Shown here: in pieces, positions 17,600 to 22,897 of the stretch
Layout: every line of letters begins with the position of its first letter
Position numbering within the stretch: the first letter of the stretch is position 1
Origin: Octopus sinensis
Lineage: Eukaryota
Length of the DNA stretch: 22,897 nt
Assembly: GCF_006345805.1 (NCBI RefSeq)
Contig: NW_021836720.1
Coordinates: 1-22,897, forward strand
Reading direction: 5' to 3'
The notes under the pieces: model-generated
Databases searched by the model: none
Told to the model about the DNA's origin: nothing
What the model saw: the letters and a program-made list of their open reading frames with translations, nothing else
Translations under genes and position numbers: made by a program

Positions 17600-17812
17600 G
17601 GTGGAGGCGTCGCTGTGTGAGTAAGATAATTGCTTCCCAACCACATGGTTTCTGTGTTCTGTCCACTGCGTAGCACCTTGGGCAAGTGTTTTCTACTATA
17701 ACCTCGGGCCGACCAAAACCTTGTGAGTGGATTTGATAGACGGAAATTTAAAGAAGCCTGTCGTATATGTGTGTGGGGAACGTGAGTGCGTGTATGTGTG
17801 TGTGTGTGTGCT
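17600..17812 (+). mobile_element. Diverged SINE (14774 family), 3'-truncated
   Basis: CCAACCACATGGTT...CTTGGGCAAGTG...CCTTGTGAGTGGATTTG.TAGACGGAAA. Confidence 0.85.
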
Positions 17813-17997
17813 AGTATTTGTTTTTCTAGATCTTAGGAGATACAACGGGCCAAGTCGACATCGACAAGATTTGAACTTACTAAAATGTATAACTAACCGC
17901 ATTTATAGAAATTGACGAGAATGGAAAATATAACAAAGTCAGCGTGTTACCTGAACAGTGGGCTTTGGGCGATGTATCATGTGAGACATGAGAGGTT

Positions 17998-18409
17998 ACT
18001 CTTTTACTGTTTTACTTGTTTCAGTCATTTGACTGCGGCCATGCTGGAGCACCGCCTTTAGTCGAGCAAATCGACCCCAGGATTTATTCTTTGTAAGCCC
18101 AGTATTTATTCTATCGGTCTTTTTTGCCGAACTGCTAAGTGACGGGGACGTAAACATACCAGCATCGGTTGTCAAGCAATGCTAGGGGGACAAACACAGA
18201 CACACAAACATATACACACACATACATATATATATATATATACATATATACGACAGGCTTCTTTCAGTTTCCGTCTACCAAATCCACTCACAAGGCATTG
18301 GTCGGCCCGGGGCTATAGCAGAAGACACTTATCCAAGATGCCACGCAGTGGGACTGAACCCAGAACCATGTGGTTGGTAAGCAAGCTACTTACCACACAG
18401 CCACTGCTG
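17998..18409 (-). mobile_element. tRNA-derived SINE (14774 family)
   Basis: Full-length reverse complement of 15332-15732. Confidence 0.92.
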
Positions 18410-19025
18410 TTATATATTTACGTTGAGATCTCTCTCCGATTCGTAACATACTGGAAGAGTGCATTCGACAATCGACTCTTCCGATATGCAACAACCTGTG
18501 GCCAGCATACTTGCACCAGGCAATCGATTTCTGCACAGAAAGGTGAACCGCAGGCAATTGTTTCGGCCCTTAACTTCTTACACACTAAGGGGGCCGGGCC
18601 GCATCTAGATCTTGATTCCTAGATGCCCTTCTGATGACACTTTTTATCCACTTGAATATCTGAGACTTGTGCATTTAAGCCGCTGGGAGATTTCCTCTAG
18701 TTATAACCCCTCTCCGTTGACCCAGCTTTCAAAGTTATTCTGAAAGAAGAAATAACTTTTCTTCTTGTGGTAGTCCTTAAAAAGTTTCGTTTTCTCCGAA
18801 CTCCACGTATTTGCACGCATCACTTTGTGCTAGTTCATTAATTATATTTTCAAGCAATGCAAACCTATTTTTTAATCATAGAAAAACAAATAATTGTACA
18901 TTTGTTGATTATTATCTTTAGAAAAATGCAACTATCTTCCTTGTTGAGTTTTGTTCATCCAAAATGGCGATCGTTTACGTCAAATCTGTTACAAGTATTT
19001 TGTTTCTGTTTCGTTTTCTACTAGA

Positions 19026-19483
19026 TTCAGTCATTGAGCTTCGGCCATGCTGGAGCACCGCCTTGAAGGGTTTTGTGTTCACTCTCTTTTTAAATCTAGT
19101 ACTTATTATCTGTCGTTCTCTTTTATCGAACTGCTGCGTTACAGAGACATAAACAAACCAACATCGGTTGTCGAACAGTGGTGGGGGTGACAAATACAGA
19201 CACAAAAGCACATAAACACACACACACACACCACACACACAGATTCTTTTATTCTTTTCTTATACATGCACAAGGCTGTGTGGAATTTTTAGGACATTTA
19301 TAAAGAACTCCCGGATCAGAGACTCGTCACCCGATGCAGTTTTAAATCATACACGGCAGTTTTCTAGTTTCCAGCTCCCAAATTCCCTCACACGACATTA
19401 ATCGGCAGTCCGGGACTAAGGTAGACTACATTTGCCGAAAGTGCAAATGTAGTTTCAGAACGACTTCGGAACGCATAGCCATG
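19026..19483 (-). mobile_element. Old, fragmented SINE (14774 family)
   Basis: GGCCATGCTGGAGCACCGCCTT, CATCGGTTGTC and a decayed head at about 19345-19483. Confidence 0.65.
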
Positions 19484-19489
19484 TTCTAT

Positions 19490-19519
19490 GCCAATATATT
19501 AAATAAATAAAAATAAATA

Positions 19520-19570
<51 letters not shown>

Positions 19571-19660
19571 CATATACATACCATATATATTATATATATA
19601 TTATATATATACAGTATACATACATATATATATATTACATATACATACATACATATATAT
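19490..19660. repeat. (AAAT)n/(TA)n/(TACA) tract
   Basis: Read directly. Confidence 0.9.
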
Positions 19661-19661
19661 A

Positions 19662-19817
19662 TACTTGTTTCAGTCATTTCACTGTGGCCGTGCTGGAGCA
19701 CCTCCTTCAGTCCAAGAAATCGACCCCAAGGCTTATTCTTTGTAAGACTAGTACTTATTCTGTCGGTCGTAAACAGACACACATTTACACACACACACTC
19801 ACTCACACATACACACA

Positions 19818-19856
<39 letters not shown>

Positions 19857-20031
19857 GTATATATATATATATATGACGGGCTTCTTTCAGTTTCCGTCTA
19901 CCAAATCCACTCACAAGGCTTTGGTCGGCCCTAGGCTATAGTAGGAGACAGCTGCCTCTAATATGCCACGCATTGGGACTGAACCCGGAACCATATGGTT
20001 GGGAACCAAGCTTCTTACCACACAGCCACGC
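19662..20031 (-). mobile_element. tRNA-derived SINE (14774 family) with internal deletion
   Basis: Tail TTGTTTCAGTCATT, body TTCCGTCTACCAAATCCACTCACAAGG, head CTTACCACACAGCCACG. Confidence 0.88.
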
Positions 20032-20251
20032 AGAGAATTATAAATAAGCTGTTCTTAGCACTTTAGAAGATTTAAGGAAACAGGAAGCTCATCGTGACCC
20101 GAACCAGGAATTATTTAACTATTTCAATATGTAACCATGCAGCATTCTTTAAAAACAGCAGATGACTTTTATTAAACCAATGAAGACGTATAAATCTTAT
20201 ACGAAACCAACCTTTTAAAATGGCCGTTTTCAGTGCTTTTATTAATAGCAT

Positions 20252-20772
20252 TTACACAGAGGGGGGAGCGCTAAGCAGTGATAAGTAATATTGTTATGTT
20301 ATTATCAGTCTGAATACGCTTGAGGCACGTTCGAACTGGAGAACAAGTTACTCACTGCGTTTTGTCACGGAAAATATATCCCGTTTGTTGACAAATGGTG
20401 TGTGATCTACACACCATTTGTCAACAAACGGGGTGGCATTTCGGAGTAGTTATCTCCTCTTCGTTCACAGACACTAGGCGGGCGGCGCTTCGGGCTCTTT
20501 GAAGAGATTGACTCTCTCATGCCATACGGCGGCTCGCCGTAAGTAAATTACAGAGGGGTGCCCAAAGCAGAGATAAGTAAAATTGTAATGCCATTATCAG
20601 ACCAAAATGCTAGCATCTCACAGTCCGGGTAGGTGGTGCTATGAGGTGATCTAGGTGTATACATACCATTTGTCAACAAACGGGATATGTTTTCCTTGAC
20701 AAAACGCAGTGAGCAGCTTGTTCCCAGATCGAACGTGCTTCTAGCATATTTGGACTGATTATAACATTACAA
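20252..20772. mobile_element. Older composite element: direct partial repeat plus inverted copy, with 15-bp flanking direct repeat
   Basis: CAGAGGGG...AAGCAG.GATAAGTAA at 20257 and 20551; 20290-20403 is approximately the reverse complement of 20661-20773; flanks TTTTATTAATAGCAT (20237-51) and TTTTATAAATAGCAT (20773-87). Confidence 0.7.
20380..20432. repeat. Perfect 24-bp hairpin with a 5-nt loop
   Basis: CCCGTTTGTTGACAAATGGTGTGT-GATCT-ACACACCATTTGTCAACAAACGGG. Confidence 0.95.
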
Positions 20773-20808
20773 TTTTATAAATAGCATCATCTAAAACATG
20801 TTGTAATC

Positions 20809-21041
20809 TGTTTCTTTATTGCCCACAAGGGGCTAAACACAGAGGGGACAAACAAGGACAGACAAATGGATTAAGTCGATTACATCGACCCCAGTGCGTA
20901 ACTGGTACTTAATTTATCGACCCCGAAAGGATGAAAGGCAGAGTCGACCTCGGCGGAATTTGAACTCAGAACGCAACGACAGACGCAATACCGCTAAGCA
21001 TTTCGCCCGGTGTGCTAACGTTTCTGCCAGCTCGCCGCCTT
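20809..21041 (-). mobile_element. Full-length young tRNA-derived SINE
   Basis: Reverse-complement head AAGGCGGCGAGCTGGCAGAAACGTTAGC and B box GAGTTCAAATTCC; perfect 17-bp TSD TAAAACATGTTGTAATC at 20792-20808 and 21042-21058. Confidence 0.95.
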
Positions 21042-21259
21042 TAAAACATGTTGTAATCGATGACTCAAATAATGCCACACATTCTACTGTCTGCGAATTC
21101 GTGAATTAATCTTCGAATAACTCCAGTTTTTCGTCCAAACATTGATATTCGTTCCGTCAGAATAAAATGCAATCAAATGTTTCATCAAACATGTTATCAA
21201 ACTCTGTATCATTTAACATTCGTCGTAACAGATTATTAATATTTTTTTTCTGTTCTGTA

Positions 21260-21471
21260 GGGCAGCGAGTCGGCAAGTATCGTTACCGCACCAGGAAAAC
21301 TGCTTAGTGGCATTTCTTCCAACTTTATGCTTTGAGTTCGAATGCTGCCGCGGTCGACTTTGCCTTTCATCCTTTCGAGGTCGATAACAGTCGACCTGGA
21401 CGGAATTTGAGCTCAGAACGTTAAGAAGGGTGAAATTCCGCTAAACATTTTGTCCGGCGTGCTAACGATTC
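21260..21471. mobile_element. Two truncated SINE heads joined in opposite orientations
   Basis: A + strand head (about 21260-21388, GAGTTCGAATGC...GGTCGACTTTGCCTTTCATCCTTTCG) meets a - strand head (about 21391-21471, GTCGACCT...GAATTTGAGCTCAGAACG...GCTAACGATTC). Confidence 0.75.
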
Positions 21472-21889
21472 TTATTTCTTTATTTCCCACAAGGGGCTAA
21501 GCACAGAGAGGACAAACAAAGACAGACAAACGGATTAAGTCGATTATATCGACCCCAGTGCGTAACTGGTACTTATTTAATCGACCCCGAAAGAATGAAA
21601 GGCAAAGTCTACCTCGGCGGAATTTGAACTCAGAACGTAACGACAGACGAAATACCTATTTCTTTACTACCCACAAGGGGCTAAACACAGAGAGGACAAA
21701 CAAGGATAGACAAAGGTATTAAGTCGATTAGATCGACTCCAGTGCATAATTGGTACTTAATTTATCGACCCCGGAAGGATGAAAGGCAAAGTCGACCTCG
21801 GCGGAATTTGAACTCAGAACGTAACGGCAGACGAAATACGGCTACGCATTTCCCCCGGCGTGCTAACGATTCTGCCAGCTCGCCGCCTT
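21472..21889 (-). mobile_element. Head-to-tail SINE dimer (20809 family)
   Basis: A truncated copy at 21472-21656 abuts a full copy at 21657-21889; junction ACGAAATACC|TATTTCTTTAC with no spacer. Confidence 0.88.
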
Positions 21890-21911
21890 GCGCGTTGTAT
21901 TAATAATTGTT

Positions 21912-22122
21912 TTAAACTTTGGCATAAGACCAGCAGTTTGGGCGGGAGGGACAAGTCAATAACATCGATCCCTCTACTCAGCTGGTACTTATTTTGTCGA
22001 CTCCGAAAGGATGAAAGGCAAAGTCTCGACCTCGATAGAATTTGAGCTCAGAACATAAAAACGGATGAAATGCCGCTAAATATCTTATCCGGTGTGCAAA
22101 CGATTCTGTCAGTTCACCATTT
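21912..22122 (-). mobile_element. SINE (20809-family head, alternative tail as at 7579)
   Basis: AAACTTTGGCATAAGACCAGCAG tail; GAAAGGATGAAAGGCAAAG body; decayed head. Confidence 0.8.
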
Positions 22123-22127
22123 GACTT

Positions 22128-22445
22128 TTTTTTATTTTTATGCGCCCTTTTCAAGCCTAGCCAGGCTCATGGGCCTGGTTTCCCGGTTTCTGTGGCGTAT
22201 GTGTTACCCCCAGCTGGAAGGGACGCCAGTCCATCGCAGCGTTACTCAAGAAACAGGAAGGAAGAGTGAGAGAAAGTTGCGGCGAAAGAGTACAACAGGG
22301 GTCACCCCCCTCCTGCCGGAGCCTCGTGGAACTTTAGGCGTTTTCGCTCAATAAATACACACAACGCCCGGTCTGGGAATCGAAACAGTGATCCTCCGAC
22401 CGCGAGTCCGCTGCCCTGACCACTGGGCCATTGCGCCTCTACACT
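22128..22445 (-). mobile_element. tRNA-derived SINE inserted at the head of the preceding SINE
   Basis: Reverse-complement A and B boxes; 12-bp TSD ACCATTTGACTT at 22116-27 and 22446-57; T-rich (A-tail) start. Confidence 0.92.
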
Positions 22446-22688
22446 ACCATTTGACTTGCTGATATATTTTTCATTCGTTTTCGATAATTTAACTAAAACA
22501 AATTGCATCTTTTGTCGATTCGAAAATAGGTTCCGTCTCGAGAGCCACAGATAATCGTCCATGCAAGCATTTTTTTCTGAGACTATTTGGTTCTTTATGA
22601 CAGCAGCAGTCGATTTCTGTTCACCGAGATACAAACCATATTAAGAATTTCACTGATTAGTTCAATATATTTTTCATTGATTCTGGAT

Positions 22689-22897
22689 GGAAGCACTCCG
22701 TCGGTTACGACGACGAGGGTTCCGGTTGATCCGAATCAACGGAACAGCCTGCTCGTGAAATTAACGTGTAAGTGGCTGAGTATTCCACAGACACGTGTAC
22801 CCTTAACGTAGTTCTCGGGGATATTCAGCGTGAGACAGAGAGTGACAAGGCCGGCTCTTCGAAATACAGGTACAACAGAAGCAGGAGTAAGAGTGAG
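22689..22897 (-). mobile_element. 3' portion of a SINE, cut by the window edge
   Basis: Ends in AACAGAAGCAGGAGTAAGAGTGAG, matching the junction into the shared GAGTGAGAGAAAGTTG body of 13536 and 22128. Confidence 0.65.

Noticed and set aside
17820-19000. Unique stretches as host exons (also 6660-6760 and 22460-22690)
   Set aside because: Only short open frames with no recognisable domain or convincing splice-site pairs; small exons cannot be excluded without RNA-seq.
20176-20215. ATGAAGA-C-GTATA/TATAC-GAAAC as a hammerhead
   Set aside because: It has a good helix II and GAAA, but C3 is missing and neither helix I nor helix III can be formed.
20809-22122. Recurring SINE blocks as a CRISPR-like array
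   Set aside because: The context is eukaryotic, the units are over 180 bp with Pol III boxes and TSDs, and there is no repeat-spacer periodicity.

Overview
This is an AT-rich, repeat-saturated eukaryotic window. The SINE families look like those of octopod cephalopods; that is my recognition, not a database match. I found no convincing host protein-coding gene, and almost all listed ORFs are microsatellite or SINE read-through. The conventional content is about 25 tRNA-derived SINE copies from several families (four with clear target-site duplications), a 5'-truncated RTE-clade LINE (16147-17138, +), a fossil DD34D mariner (about 9925-10672, -), a small Tc1/mariner-type MITE and many microsatellites. 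The main signal is a set of minimal type I hammerhead ribozyme (HHR) motifs from at least four unrelated short repeat families. Four have canonical cores: 1382-1419 (+), 4782-4823 (-), 5710-5787 (+) and 15820-15861 (-); several more are decayed. They sit in short non-coding elements next to (TA)n tracts. Several are arranged as partial-tandem and/or inverted copies, the layout of Penelope-like elements and non-LTR retrozymes. At two loci the inverted copy starts at, or within a few nucleotides of, the predicted self-cleavage site. Ribozyme activity is predicted by eye from motif and pairing, not computed or tested.
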